DNA of 64,000 nt from Octopus sinensis (taxonomy: Eukaryota), in the NCBI RefSeq assembly GCF_006345805.1, contig NC_043003.1:27776001-27840000 (forward strand), written 5' to 3'. The notes under the pieces are model-generated. The model was not told where the DNA came from. It saw only the letters and a list, made by a program, of their open reading frames with translations, and searched no databases. This document shows positions 13,889 to 27,830 of this stretch, in pieces (position 1 is the stretch's first letter; each line of letters opens with the position of its first letter). The position numbers were made by a program, and so were the translations under genes.

Positions 13889-14300
13889 TGTAGCGGGACT
13901 CGAACCCTGCTCGCTTATACTCGATTAGGCACCACAATCGAGCCACTGCAGATTGATCTGTGAACCGACCAATCAACTGTGACGTGATATGGCTTTCTCG
14001 AATATTATAAAATTTAACATCTAGACCCCTATAAACTGTTTGACTCTTAACCCAAGGCCCAGACAGCTGACAGGTTGGACCACCTCGGACTTTTACGTAG
14101 ACAACACCTGGAACTCGGACACACCACATGATATCCCACAGATTGCTTTCTACATTCACAGAGTTTTTTTTCTCTCTCCCCTCCGCCCCCCGCAACAGTC
14201 GGCAATTATTAGTATTGTTCGTTGTAAATAGCCAACACCAAATAAATATTTAAGTTAAGCGTCCAAGAGTTTGCTTCAGTTATTATTCAGGCAGCCTACA
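13889..14300. mobile_element. Possible solo LTR interrupting a family B SINE
   Basis: TGTAG...CTACA termini, TATAAA near 14030 and AATAAA near 14243. The SINE head ends at 13888 and resumes at about 14438. Confidence 0.4.
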
Positions 14301-14757
14301 ACGACATCCCATGTACAGTACAACTAAGTTGAGATAATGTTCATCCAACAATGATAGTTAAGCCATCCTTTTCGAGAATGGCAACTCAGACTTTTGAAGT
14401 ATATCATCTTTGACAAGCAACAAGCAGAGTACTCTATGTTAGCATGCCAGAAAGGAATTCCTTTCGGCTTTACATCCTGAGTTCAAATGCCGCAGTCATC
14501 TCTACCTTTCATCCTTTCAATGTCAATAAACTAGGTGTCCGTTGAGAGCTGGGATCGATGTAATCGACTAGCACCTTCCCTTAAAATTTCAGACCATGTG
14601 TAGGAAGAATATTGCTCAGAAAGTACGAAACAAGTGCTCACGGAAAGTCTGAAACAAATATAGATGTTTAGGAAAAAGTTATGAAAATGCTTTGGACTGA
14701 AGTTATAAATGCTTATAACTTCAGTTTCCCCATAGGGTCAGAATTTTGACACCTTAG

Positions 14758-17700
14758 GGATACAACAAGGCGGTGGTCTGTCCAGTATTCTGCGCCTCAC
14801 ATGGTCTTCGTAATTCGTGCGTCTTGCCTGTCCCTCTTCCTTATGATAACATTGTCGATGAGGTGCCAGTGCTTTGAGCGGGGATGCAACCATGACGTTC
14901 TGTTGTTGGTGGGGAGGTTAAAGGTGGTGTTGGTGATCAGGAGGCCATGCTCTGCACAGGTCTGGAGTAGTAGCAGACCGTTGCTGTTGCAGTTGCCAAC
15001 TCCATGTTTCCCAATCACTCCTTCCCAGGAGACACTATCACGACCAACTCTCGCATTGAAGTCACCTAGAATGATGAGTTTGTCTGCGCGGGGAGCCGCG
15101 GTAATGACAGAGCTCAAATCTTCATAGAACTTGTCCTTGGTCTCATTTGGATTCGTCATGGTGGGGGCGTAGGCGCTGACAATGGTGGTATACTTCTGTT
15201 CGCGACAAAGGTGGAATCTCATCGTCATTAGGCGATCATTCATACCTTTTGGGGGACCAACCAACTTGCCAGCCAATGTCAGCTTAACTGCAAAGCCAAC
15301 TCCAGCCTATCTTCTCTCTTCAGGTCCACATCCACTCCAAAAGAAACTGTATCCTGCACCTTTTTCCTGTAGTTCACCTTCACCTGGCAGCCTGGTTTCG
15401 CTGAGAACAGCAATGTCGATGTTATATCTGGCGAGTTCATTTGCTATGAGTGCTGTGCGTCTCTGGGGTCTCTCCGACTCGTCTATGTCAAGAAGCGTAC
15501 GAAAGTTCCAAGCATCGAGAATGAGTGGTGTACTCCTCGCTCTTTTTCTTTGTTCTTTGTTTCGACCGCAGTGTGTAGGGTCCCCTCCTGTCGTGGTAGG
15601 CTGGCTAGGGTAGGTGGAGCAGGCAATGTTTGGGGCACCTTTTCTAGTCCGTTCCTCATGCCATGGAGGTGGGCAGTACGTTCCTAAATAGGACTGCTCA
15701 GTCGCCCAGACGGTTGCCGAAATCCACTACTGCTCCAGGTCAGTGAATAGCGACCCTGTGGCCTGAGCCGCTTGTGTGCAGGTTTGCGGCTACGACTTCC
15801 AGTGTACCCACACCTGTCGCTTCGTCGTGTGCCTGTCGCCACAGGACTTTGGGATGAAAGGATGGAAAGAAGGATGAAAGATGACTTGCGCGAGGAAACT
15901 TTGTTTAAAGTGAGGAAGGGTTGCGCATAGCCGACCTCACTCTCTCGTCCAGATCAAGACGACTTGGGATAGAACCGGATGCAGTGAATAACCAAGATGT
16001 CCTATAGTGCCTCATCTTGCCCTATGCACTCCACGGTGCCCTGCTGTAACCTCCCTCTTCTCCGTTGAAACCGTTCTGGTGGTTTCTTCTGTAGAATCAG
16101 CCGGCTCCAGTCTTCGCATGTGTAGGTAGGCAAGCCCTAACTCGCCGATGGTTTAAGACCGGTCGGCTACCCTTACTTAGTTTAGCTGGCTAGTCGAAGC
16201 CGTTGCCCGGAGTGTGGCCGCTGTTGCATACAAATAGCTACTAGGAGCCACAAGTGAGAGCTGAGTGCAGGTGGGGACCAAGGCGGATCAACTACTCCGA
16301 GGAGGAGCACGACTGTCGCCCCGTCAGAGGTACTACCCCTCCCGTACACCCCATACACCACCGCCTTGTTGTATCCAAACTCAACCTTAGATTTCAGCCC
16401 AAGAGACGACCACAAAATAGGAAAGCACCAACACGCTTGAACATCGGTAAGCTGAAGGATAGCAACGTCAAGCAGTAATTTACTGATACATTGGAGCAAC
16501 GCTTGGACCCCCATTGTGCTACAAGGCAAGGATGTTGAGGAAGCCTGGGCTGCACTCCGGGTGACTTTGTACGACACAGCCATGGAATGCCTTAGGCCAT
16601 CTACAAAGAAGCACAAGGACTGGTTTGATGAGAACTGCGCGGAGATCAAGCAACTTCTAGAGGAAAAGCATAGTGTTTACAACGCTCACCTCACTGACCC
16701 CAATTGCGGATTGTACGGAGCAAAATCCAAACGAGGTTGCGCCACATGCAGGATTCCTGGCTTAGCAGCAAAACAGACATGATCCAGGGCTTTGCAGACA
16801 GAAATGACATGAAGATTTTCTATGACAGCTTGAAGGAAGTTTACGGCCCTACTACTGCAAGAACACTATCTCCTCTCCTTAGTGCTGACGGGGCAACACT
16901 GATCACCGACAAGGAAAAGGTTTTAGAGAGATGGTCTGAACATTTCGACTGCGTACTGAATAGACCTTCCACCATCAATGGTGAAGCCATCGATAGGCTA
17001 CCTCAAGTTCCCGTTGAGGAGTCAATGGACGTCAAACCAACTTTGGAGGAAATTCAGAAAGCATGCCGCCTACTGTCCAGTGGCAAAGCACCTGGTCCGG
17101 ACTCCAGCCCATCTGAAGTATTCAAAGAATGCGGTATGGCCCAGGAAAATTCACCAGCTGTTTCAGCTCATCTGGATGCACGAGACAGTGTCTCAAGACT
17201 TCAAGGACGCCTCCATCATCCACCTCTACAAGCGAAATGGAAACCACCAGGTCTGCGACAATTATTGCGGAATTTCACTGCTGTCCATCACAGGCAAGAT
17301 CCTGGCTAGAGTTTTGCTCAACCGCCTCATTGCACACCTAGAGCAGGGTCTCCTACCTGAGAGCCAGTGTGGCTTCCGGAAAGAGCATGGGACTATCGAC
17401 ATGGTGCCTACTGCTAGACAGCTGCAGGAGAACTGTCTGGAGAAGAACGTCGACCTTTACTCCACCTACATCGACCTGACCAAGGCCTTTGATACCGTTA
17501 GTAGAGAAGGTCTCTGGAGAATCTTGGCGAAGTATGGATGCCCCAGAAAATTCACTACCATCGTAAGACAACTACACGATGGCATGTTGGCAAGGGTACA
17601 GGACAACGGAGAGACCTCTGATCCTTTCCCTGTCTCCAACGGGGTGAAACAAGGATGTGTCCTTGCTCCCACCTTGTTCAGCCTTACGTTCTCAGCCATG

Positions 17701-18795
17701 CTGACAGATGCTTTCAGGGACACAGACATTAGCATCGGCATCAAGTACCGGTCCAACGGTTCAGTCTTCAACCTCGGGAGGCTCAAAGTGAAAACCAAGG
17801 TTTCAGTAGACACCGTCAACGATCTCCTGTTCGCCAATGACTGCGCTCTCAATGCTGCCACTGAGTCCAACATGCAGCACAGCGTTGACTTGTTCTCTGG
17901 CGCCTGCAACAACTTTGGCCTTACTATCAATACAAGACTGAGGTAATGTATCAGCCAGCTCCAACCAAGCCCTACATTGAACTCAACATCACCATCAACG
18001 GGAAACGACTGAACGTGGTGGACAAGTTCACCTACCTTGGTAGCACACTCTCTAGAAATGTTGTCGTCGATGACGAAATCAATGCCAGACTCGCCAAGGC
18101 AAGCGCTGCCTTCGGCAGGCTACGCAACACTGTCTAGGACAGGAGGGGGATCACCATCATGACAAAGATCAAAGTGTACTGGGCTGTTGTTCTCACAACG
18201 CTGCTTTACGGCTGCGAGTCCTGGACGGTCTACTGTCGTCATGCCAGGAAGCTGAACTACTTTCATACAATACGCCTCAGAAACCTTCTCGGCATAAAGT
18301 GGCAGGACATGATCCCGGACACCAAGGTACAAATACGTGCTAACCTGCCCAGCATCCATACCATCTTGATGCAGTCTCAGCTTCGTTAGGCAGGGCACGT
18401 AGCTCGCATGTCAGACAATCGATTACCAAAAAGATTGCTCTTTGGCGAGCTGCAAAAGGGAAAGCGCTCACAAGGCGACCAGAAGAAGCGCTTTGAGGAC
18501 ACCCTGAAAGCCTCACTGAAAGCCTTCAACATCGACCGTGACACTTGGGAGCAGTCTGCTCTAGACAGAGAAGAGTGGCGATTAGCTATCCACAAGGGTG
18601 TCAACACACGCGAGACCAATAGGATCGCTGCTGCAGAAGACCGCAGACAAGCCAGGAAAAACAGAGCTAATAACCCTGTAGCAGGTGCTACCATTCCCTG
18701 TCCACACTGTCAAAGACTCTTTCGGGCGCAGACTGACCTCGCTAGCCATCTGCAGACTTACAAAACAAGCCCAACCCCACTTCAGTATCCAGCGT
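14758..18795 (+). mobile_element. RTE-clade (BovB-like) LINE, near full length, decayed; 5' UTR and APE endonuclease inverted (14758-16356, minus)
   Basis: Minus: DAWNFRTLLD, VLSETRL, IILGDFNARVG, HLIDNVI, WTDHRL. Plus: KDWFDEN, DLTKAFDTV, GVKQGCVLAPTLF, LLFAND, YGCESW and C-terminal CPHC..H. Confidence 0.92.
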
Positions 18796-19226
18796 AGCAT
18801 ATAGAAATGTTCAAACTTTATACATCTATGTAAAAAGCGTGCTGGATACTTTGGATGTTCATCTTGTATGTTGATTTTTGTTCATTCGTTATAATCTTGA
18901 ATTATGCTCACACTGACGATTACAAAGTGCCTTTCTGCACTAATTATGAAATCATATGATTTGCAGCTGAATTCTGTTTTTAGAAGGGTCCCTTCGAGAG
19001 TTTCATTCCCTCGCATTCGGTACGATGTGTTTATTTATTTTGGTAGTTTTAACTTTAAGAGTCTCTTCTAGCGTGTGGCATTTATGTATAGTAATGCCCT
19101 CTATATAATATAAATAAATATATTTAAGAGAAAATTTGATGGTTTTTTTTCTCTTATGAAGTTTTTCACGCTAACCACTTGATAAATTCTTATAAAGATT
19201 TTATCCTATTTTTAAATTGTATCTAT

Positions 19227-19284
<58 letters not shown>

Positions 19285-20037
19285 CAAATGCAGAAAATAT
19301 ACATGGTATATGAAAAAACAAAGAAATAAAATATACATAGGATACATCAATTAAAAAATTGATGATGATCTGATCCTCCTGAAGCAGGAAGATCGATAGG
19401 GACAGTTGTAGAACTCCTACCATTCAAGATTTTCCTGAACACCAAGAGCAAGTGCTCTCTCTCCATTTCCTGTTCTTCGACTCACATGTCTATACTTAGA
19501 GTGGTGCCATCCACTCTTGTAATTTTTGCAACTTTCATCCACATTTCAAAAGATTTATTCGAAGACAATGTAGTGACTTCATATACGCATAGAGTAGATC
19601 CGAACCTGAATCGGAAAATTACCCATATTTCAAACAATAGTGACAGCAGTTACAATGAACACATGGCTTCGCTAAGCCAATTTATGTCTGTCACTTGGCC
19701 CTTCTAAACTCTTGTATGCGGTGGAGAGTTGAATTGAGACAACAGTCCACCCCAAAGAACATCTATTGTTCTCTGTAATATATCTATTTTTCTAACTAGT
19801 TTTGCATGGTTATAAATACTAGAATTTGGTAAGGGAAGCCGAATAAAAGAAATTAGTTGGTGAATAGAGGCAACTAGAGATGGCCACAGGCAGACAGTCA
19901 CTTGAGACAAACGGCGAGAGGGAGAAAGAAAACAATCAGCCACTATGAGGGATATAACTTCCATCCACTCTCTCACGTTCACTGGCTCACTTTCTTTTCT
20001 CTACAACATTACCCTATCTCTCTATCTGTGGTCTACT

Positions 20038-21822
20038 ACTACATAACAAGGAGAACACAAACTATACCTACATAACGAGGAGAACACAAACACAAACTGT
20101 ACCTACATAACAAGGAGAACACAAACACAAACTGTACCTACATAACAAGGAGAACACAAACACAAACTGTACCTACATAACAAGGAGAACACAAACACAA
20201 ACTATACCTACATAACAAGGAGAACACAAACACAAACTATACCTACATAACCAGGAGAACACAAACACAAACTATACCTACATAACCAGGAGAACACAAA
20301 CACAAACTATACCTACATATCCAGGAGAACACAAACACAAACTATACCTACATAACAAGAACACAAACACAAACTATACCTACATAACAAGGAGAACACA
20401 AACACAAACTATATCTACATAACGAGGAGAACACAAACACAAACTATACCTACATAACAAGGAGAACACAAACACAAACTATACCTACATAACAAGGAGA
20501 ACACAAACACAAACTATACCCACATAACCAGGAGAACACAAACACAAACTATACCTACATAACAAGGAGAACACAAACACAAACTATACCCACATAACCA
20601 GGAGAACACAAACACAAACTATACCCACATAACCAGGAGAACACAAACACAAACTATACCCACATAACCAGGAGAACACAAACACAAACTATACCTACAT
20701 AACAAGAACACAAACACAAACTATACCTACATAACAAGGAGAACACAAACACAAACTATACCTACATAACAAGCAGAACACAAACACAAACTATACCCAC
20801 ATAACCAGGAGAACACAAACACAAACTATACCTACATAACCAGGAGAACACAAACACAAACTATACCTACATAACCAGGAGAACGCAAACACAAACTATA
20901 CCTACATAACAAGGAGGACACAAACACAAACTATACCTACATAACAAGAACACAAACTATACCTACATAATAAGGAGAACACAAACACAAACTATACCTA
21001 CATAACCAGGAGAACACAAACTATACCTACATAACCAGGAGAACGCAAACACAAACTATACCTACATAACAAGGAGAACACAAACACAAACTATACCTAC
21101 ATAACAAGAACACAAACACAAACTATACCTACATAATAAGGAGAACGCAAACACAAACTATACCTACATAACCAGGAGAACACAAACACAAACTATACCT
21201 ACATAACAAGGAGAACACAAACACAAACTATACCTACATAACAAGAACACAAACACGAACTATACCTACATAACCAGGAGAACACAAACACGAACTATAC
21301 CTACATAACCAGGAGAACACAAACACAAACTATACCTACATAACAAGGAGAACACAAACACAAACTATACCTACATAACAAGGAGAACACAAACACAAAC
21401 TATACCTACATAACCAGGAGAACACAAACACAAACTATACCTACATAACCAGGAGAACACAAACACAAACTATACCTACATAACCAGGAGAACACAAACA
21501 CAAACTATACCTACATAACAAGGAGAACACAAACACAAACTATACCTACATAACCAGGAGAACACAAACACAAACTATACCTACATAACAAGGAGAACAC
21601 AAACACAAACTATACCTACATAACCAGGAGAACACAAACACAAACTATACATACATAACCAGGAGAACACAAACACAAACTATACCTACATAACCAGGAG
21701 AACACAAACACAAACTATACCTACATAACCAGGAGAACACAAACACAAACTATACCTACATAACCAGGAGAACACAAACACAAACTATACCTACATAACA
21801 AGGAGAACACAAACACACTATA
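20038..21822. repeat. 35-bp minisatellite, about 50 copies (ACCTACATAACMAGGAGAACACAAACACAAACTAT)
   Basis: Directly visible head-to-tail array with 32- and 29-bp deletion variants and no spacers. Confidence 0.95.
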
Positions 21823-22099
21823 CAAAGAAAATCTAAGATATCTCTCTTTACCTAGCATGCTTTATGAAGTATATTATTCATACCAGCCTGTCGTGGTTTT
21901 GGTTATATACAAAGTAACGGTAAGTAAATGTTTGTTTACAACTTCGATCACTGTTCTTCTTTCATCTTGTACATCTGTACCATCAGCACCCGTTACAAAT
22001 GGTAACTGCCGACTGCAACAATTATCATAATACATACCATTACAATTGGTGACCACTGACTCCATCTAACATACCGTTACAATTATTCTTTCGTGATCT

Positions 22100-22490
22100 C
22101 CAGCTACTACTACTACTACTACTACTACTGCCTCTGCTGCTGCTGCTGCTGTTGTTGTTGTTAAGCAACAAGACGGGTAAGGGTGATTAGGTGATGGTCT
22201 AGGGCTTAGGGGCGGGAGACCCCAGACCTTGGAAAAAAACAACAACTTTGGTCGTCTTGTTGTAGTCGAAGGCTCTTCGTTGACGCCCGACACCACTGGG
22301 AGGTGGCCCTCGAAGTCGCTGGAAATGGAGATCTCCAGGTCCAACTTCTTGAACGGCTGCTGCTGCTGATCATGATGATGTCATTGCTACCGTTGTTACT
22401 GATGTTGTTGCTGCTGCTGCTGCTACTACTGTTGGTATTGTTGCTGTTGCTGCTGCTACTACTGTTGGTATTGTTGCTGTTGCTCTAGTT
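22100..22490. repeat. Trinucleotide low-complexity region (ACT/GCT/GTT)n
   Basis: Directly visible. Confidence 0.8.
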
Positions 22491-22883
22491 GTTGTCCGAG
22501 TGGTCACAGCACACTAACTGACCGTTCGACAAAAGTGAGACCCAAAGAAAAATATGAATGAAAACGCTGATAGAAGTTACAAACTGAAATAAAGGTATTT
22601 CACAAAAGCGAAACTAATGTAGGTAACCATTTGTGTCGCGTACTAATTATTTCCAACAAGATAAAAAATAAAATTTAAAAAAAACGAGGAATTTTCGGAA
22701 AAGTTTTGCGAATTTATGTTCTACACACAGGAATTCATACAAATATGCAAAAGTTAAAATAATTTATTTTTGTGATTTATGTGCTATTTAGCTGTAATTT
22801 TTAGCACATCTCACGACTGCTTGATACCTTCCTCGTTTCTTTGTCACTTTGATGTATTTATGTTTTTCAATATTTTCTCACTT

Positions 22884-23540
22884 AAGGCAGCGAGTTGGCA
22901 GAAACGTTAGCACACCGGGCGAAATGCTTAGCGATATTTCGTGTCTTTACGTTTTGAGTTCAAATTCCGCGGAGGTCGACTTTGCTTTCATCCTTTCGGG
23001 GTCGATTAAATAAGTACCAGTTACGCAGAGGGGTCGATCTGATCGACTTAATCTCTTTGTCTGTCCTTGTTTGTCCCTTCTGTGTTAGCTCCTTGTGGGC
23101 AATAATGAATTAAAAAACGTTAGCACACCGGGCGAAATGCTTAGCGATATTTCGTCTGTCTTTACGTTCTGAGTTCAAATTCCGCCGAGATCGACTTTGC
23201 CTCTCATCCTCTCGAGGTCGATAAATTAAGTACCAGTTGTGTACTGGGGTCGATCTGATCTACTGGCCCCCTCCCTGCCCCAAAATTTCGGGGTTTGTGC
23301 CTAGAGTAGAAAAGAATATTTTTCTCCTCATTAAGGCAGCGAGCTGGAAGAAACGTTAGCACTCCGGGCGAAATGCTTAGCGGTATTTCGTCTCTTTATG
23401 TTCTTTGTTCAAATTCCGCCGAGGTCGACTTTGTCTTTCATCCTTTCGAGATCGATAAATTAAGTACCAGTTGCGTACTGGGGTCGATCTAGTCGACTGC
23501 CACCCTCCCTCCAAATTTCTGGCCTTGTGCCTAGAGCAGA
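22884..23540 (+). mobile_element. Three consecutive family B SINEs
   Basis: Three GAAACGTTAGCAC..TTCAAATTCCGC..GTCGACTTTG blocks. Confidence 0.85.
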
Positions 23541-23689
23541 AAAAAATATTTTTCTCTCCATAAACACATTTAATGGTCTGCTGCTGGAATTTTGAAAAAT
23601 TTGCACTGTCCGTATTTTAAACTGATTTAAAAAAGAAAATTGAATTATTACGTTTTTTTTTAATTCGAAAAATTAATTTTTTTTTCATA

Positions 23690-24081
23690 GGCATAGGAGT
23701 GGCTGTGTGGTAAGTAGCTTGCTTATCAACCATATGGTTCCGGGTTCAGTCCCACTGCGTGGCACCTTGGGCAAGTGTCTTATACTATAGCCTCGGGTCG
23801 ACCAAAGCCTTGTGAGTGGATTTGGTAGACGGAAACTGAAAGAAGCCCGTCGTATATATGTATATATATATATATATGTTTGTGTGTCTGTGTTTGTCCC
23901 CCCAACATCGCTTGACAACCGATGCTGGTGTGTTTACGTCCTCGTAACTTAGCAGTTCAGCAAAAGAGACTGATAGAATAAGTACTAGGCTTACAAAGAA
24001 GAAGTCCTGGGGTCGATTTGCTCGACTAAAGGCGGTGCTCCAGCATGGCCACAGTCAAATGACTGAAACGAGTAAAAGAGT
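23690..24081 (+). mobile_element. Family A SINE, full length
   Basis: Complete head, core and tail. Confidence 0.88.
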
Positions 24082-24781
24082 CGTATGTGTAGAACACAAA
24101 TTCGCAAACATTTTCTGAAAATCCCCCAAAATAAAAATTTACGAGGGGCTATATGGGATGCTAAAACCAGAATTCTGTCCAAAATTTAATTTGATCCACA
24201 GTAATTAATAGTGTTGATGCTCAGTATATACCATGGCTCCACAGCAATTTTGCCCAAGAAAGCTTTGGCTTTGCCAAGGGGGATAACTCTCATTACATGA
24301 AGGGTCTTGAATTTATAAGAGAAAGTAAAAATTTAAAATACGAACAATTAGTGAAAAACAATTTAATCCTTTTAATAACAATTAACAGTATTGTATAAAA
24401 CGAAAAGAAAATTTGCGATGATATTGACATTTATTGGCATATATGGTACTATCAGGTGGTGCATATATTGGCACTATCAGGTGGTGCTATTAAGTTAGAC
24501 ATGGCCTGGACCAATCTTTGGTCGAAACATATCTAAGTTTATGCGTGTGAAACATAAGAAAAACTTATAAAAATTAAGTCAAAATTAAAAAATATAAAAA
24601 CAAATATATTTGAGAAAATTCGTTCTCACACCGTGTAACAAAAGGCTATGATCAGAGACATTCCAGGTTTTCTCATCCCGTATTTTCTGTACACACCATC
24701 AACCAAAACTCATAGGTGACAAAGCAAATACTCAAACACACTCACACACGTACGCACGCACGCACACATACATATAAAAGA

Positions 24782-24844
<63 letters not shown>

Positions 24845-25014
24845 ATATGTATGTATATATATATATAATTTAATAAATAAAATATATGCATACATATATG
24901 TACGTACCTACATCTACATGTATATATACATGCATATGTATGTATATATATAATTAATAAATAAAATATATGCATACATATATGTACGTACCGACATCTA
25001 CATGTATATATACA

Positions 25015-25080
<66 letters not shown>

Positions 25081-25109
25081 TATGTGTGTGTGTGTGTGTA
25101 GTACAGGAC

Positions 25110-25235
25110 ACCACAAATAAACGTAGAACACAACGAGATACGAAAACATAAAAACAACTAGGAAACGGACTTTTTTTAACAACGAAAAAACAGAGTACAA
25201 GACAAACAATACAAGGAATATTCCCCTTCATCAGC
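25110..25235. repeat. Unclassified dispersed repeat (AAATAAACGTAGAACACAACGAG family)
   Basis: Similar sequence at about 46345-46560 and, more diverged, around 10770-10990. Confidence 0.6.
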
Positions 25236-25453
25236 TATATAGCTCCACAACGCTCCGGCAGGGGGTGGTGGCGATCCCCGCTGTACTCTTTCGCCACAAC
25301 TTTCTCTCACTCTTTCTTCTGTTGGCCTGCTCGCTTAGCCAGCGGGGTAGCGTCATTTGAAGGCTAAAACAATGTGAAGCGCATTGTGACCAGCGATGTG
25401 TAGCATAATCTGATAGTCTCGTCGGTCAAGGTGATCACGGTGATATATATATT

Positions 25454-25735
25454 GTGGAGGCGCAAGGGCCCAGTGGTTAGGGCAGCGGATTCGCTGTCGG
25501 AGGATCGCCGTTTCGATTCCCACACCGGGCGTTGTGTGTGTTTATTGAGCGAAAACACCTAAAGCTCCACGAGGCTCCGGCAGGGGTTGGTGGCCACCCC
25601 TGTTGTACTATTTCGTCCCAACTTTCTCTCACTCTTTCTTCATGTTTCTTGAGTAACACTGCGATGGACTGGCGTCCCGTCCGGTTAGGGGGAACACATG
25701 CCTCACAGAAACCGGGAAACCAGGCTATGCTTGAA
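25454..25735 (+). mobile_element. Family C SINE
   Basis: tRNA-like A box (GGCCCAGTGGTTAG) and B box (GTTTCGATTCCC). A tail fragment lies at 25244-25420. Confidence 0.8.
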
Positions 25736-25799
25736 AAGGACGCATATATATATATATATGTAAACGGCAAAATATCTGCGTGTGTGTCCTTTATACAAA

Positions 25800-27214
25800 T
25801 CCACAATGACGTCCAGGCTGGTGACCTTTGCTAGCCTGAGGACCTCAGTGTTTGTGATGTAGTCGTTCCAGTAGATTCTGAGGATGGTATGAAGGGAGCG
25901 TTGGTGAAAACGTTCAAGGAGCCTGAGATGACAGCGGTAGGGGACCAGGACTCAGAGCCATATAGGAGCGTCGTGAGGACGACGGCCCTGTAGACTTTGC
26001 AACTGTGTTGTTGATGGGGAATGGCTCTGATATGCCGCCATTCAGACTGACTTGTCCTTGCTGGTCTTCGTGAAGCTGGATGATCATGGTTAGGAATTTT
26101 GGGGGGACAGTAAAGTCGGTTTGGCATCTTCCACAGACCTTCCCTGCTTACAGTGTCGAACGCTTTCATCAGATCGCCAACTGTTACACAAAGTGCTCCC
26201 GGTACTTTTCTTGGAGCTGCTTGAGAACGAAAGCCATATCTGCTGTACTCCTGTTGACTTTGAAACCACATTGGCTTTCTGGAAGATGATTTTCGGCAAT
26301 GAACAGAACAAGCCTGTTGAGGAGTAATCTTGCTAGAACTTTTCCTGCAGTGGAAACGGGGTGATCCCCCGGTAATTTGAGCCGTCTGACTTTTCCCCTT
26401 TGTTTTTGTATAGTGGAATGATGACAATATTGTGGAGATCTTGTCGCAGCTTGCCCTGTTCCCAGCATGCAACGAGGAGCTCATGGAGTTTAGCATGTAT
26501 GTCAGGACCCCCATACTTCCATATCTCTGATGGTATGCCATCGACTCCTGCTGTCTTTCTGCTCTTCAGCCAGCCTATGGCAAGTCTGGTCTCTTCAAGG
26601 GCTGGGGGCTCATCTAATTCCATACTGACTGGTTGTTGCTGAATATGGAGGATTGTATTTTCCTGGACAACTCGGACTGCACTGAAGAGGGCTTGAAAAT
26701 ATTCAGACCAGCGGTTGAGGATAGATGCTATGTCTGTGAGAAGTGCCTGGCCATCTGAGCTGCGCAGGGTACTCCGAGACTTGATGTGCTGGGCTGTAGA
26801 CTGGTTTGAGAGCTTCATAGAACCCCTGTAGTCGTCAGAGTTAGCGCACAGGTGGGTTCTCTGTGCGAGGTTGGTCCACCACTCATTCTTAACTTCAGAT
26901 TCTGAACTAAACGAAGTGAAAGTAAACTTCTAGGCACGACTACAGGCAAAGCTTGATAAATCCAATCGCCCCTCAGATCCCGCTCCAGAAATCCTATGGG
27001 AACAATTGAAAACCGCCATCCTACAGACCACTGCAGAAATCAGTGAGTTTACGAAGAAAAAGAACGAGGATTGGTTTGACGAAAACGATGTACTGCTACA
27101 GGAATTATTAAAGAAGAGGTCTGTCCACCAAGCACACCTGGCATAACCGACCTGCCTAGAGAAGAAAGTGGCCTTTCGTCAACCCTGCAGCTCAAAGTCA
27201 GTGAAGTTCAGAAT
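25800..27214 (-). mobile_element. RTE-clade LINE fragment with inverted 5' segment (26899-27214, plus)
   Basis: Minus: GVDGIPSEIWKYGG, LPESQCGFK, DLMKAFDTVSREGLW, LLYGSESW. Plus: ILWEQLKTAILQT..EDWFDEND. Confidence 0.85.
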
Positions 27215-27360
27215 ATATATATCACATATTACACACACACACACACACACACATACACACACACACACACACACCACACACACACGCACGCGCACGCACG
27301 CACGCACGCGCACGCACGCACGCGCACGCACGCACGCGCACGCACGCACACGCACGCACG

Positions 27361-27411
<51 letters not shown>

Positions 27412-27635
27412 TGCTACTTAAATATATATCTTTCTTTTTTTACACTTTAAATTAATACTTTTCAGCTTTCTTTGAATTAGGACGAAAAGGAATTTTTGTA
27501 GCTCTATTCTTACCGTTCAATTTTGATTCATTTTGTTTAATGTTTTTGAAATTTCAATAAATATCACCTCTTTTCAGATATATGATCATGGAATGACAAG
27601 TAAGAAAGCAAAACAAAGAAAAATAAACTAATTTA

Positions 27636-27646
27636 TTTGGAAATCC

Positions 27647-27724
<78 letters not shown>

Positions 27725-27830
27725 CGTCTGTCTGCCTGCCTGCCTGTCTGTCTGTCTGTCTGTCTGCCTGTCTGTCTTTCTGCCTGTATGTATGTATGTA
27801 TGTATGTATGTATGTATGTATGTATGTATT
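27636..27830. repeat. Compound (TATC)n(TGTC)n(TATG)n microsatellite
   Basis: Directly visible. Confidence 0.95.

Noticed and set aside
18905-18970. Other hammerhead-like relics (also about 7105-7135, 38905-38940, 46465-46560 and 53755-53790)
   Set aside because: A core nucleotide or stem is missing in each, so they cannot be supported as ribozymes.
20038-21822. CRISPR array (35-bp repeats)
   Set aside because: The units are contiguous with no unique spacers, there are no cas genes, and the context is eukaryotic.
21874-22488. GC-richer coding-looking segment between trinucleotide tracts
   Set aside because: No recognisable motif, no convincing splice structure, and stops in all frames.
24862-25020. 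Short direct duplication of about 85 bp
   Set aside because: Slippage within a microsatellite-associated repeat; ordinary.
25454-25530. tRNA genes (also at 4800, 23690 and 61141)
   Set aside because: These are SINE heads with A and B boxes but no complete cloverleaf, each followed by a SINE body.
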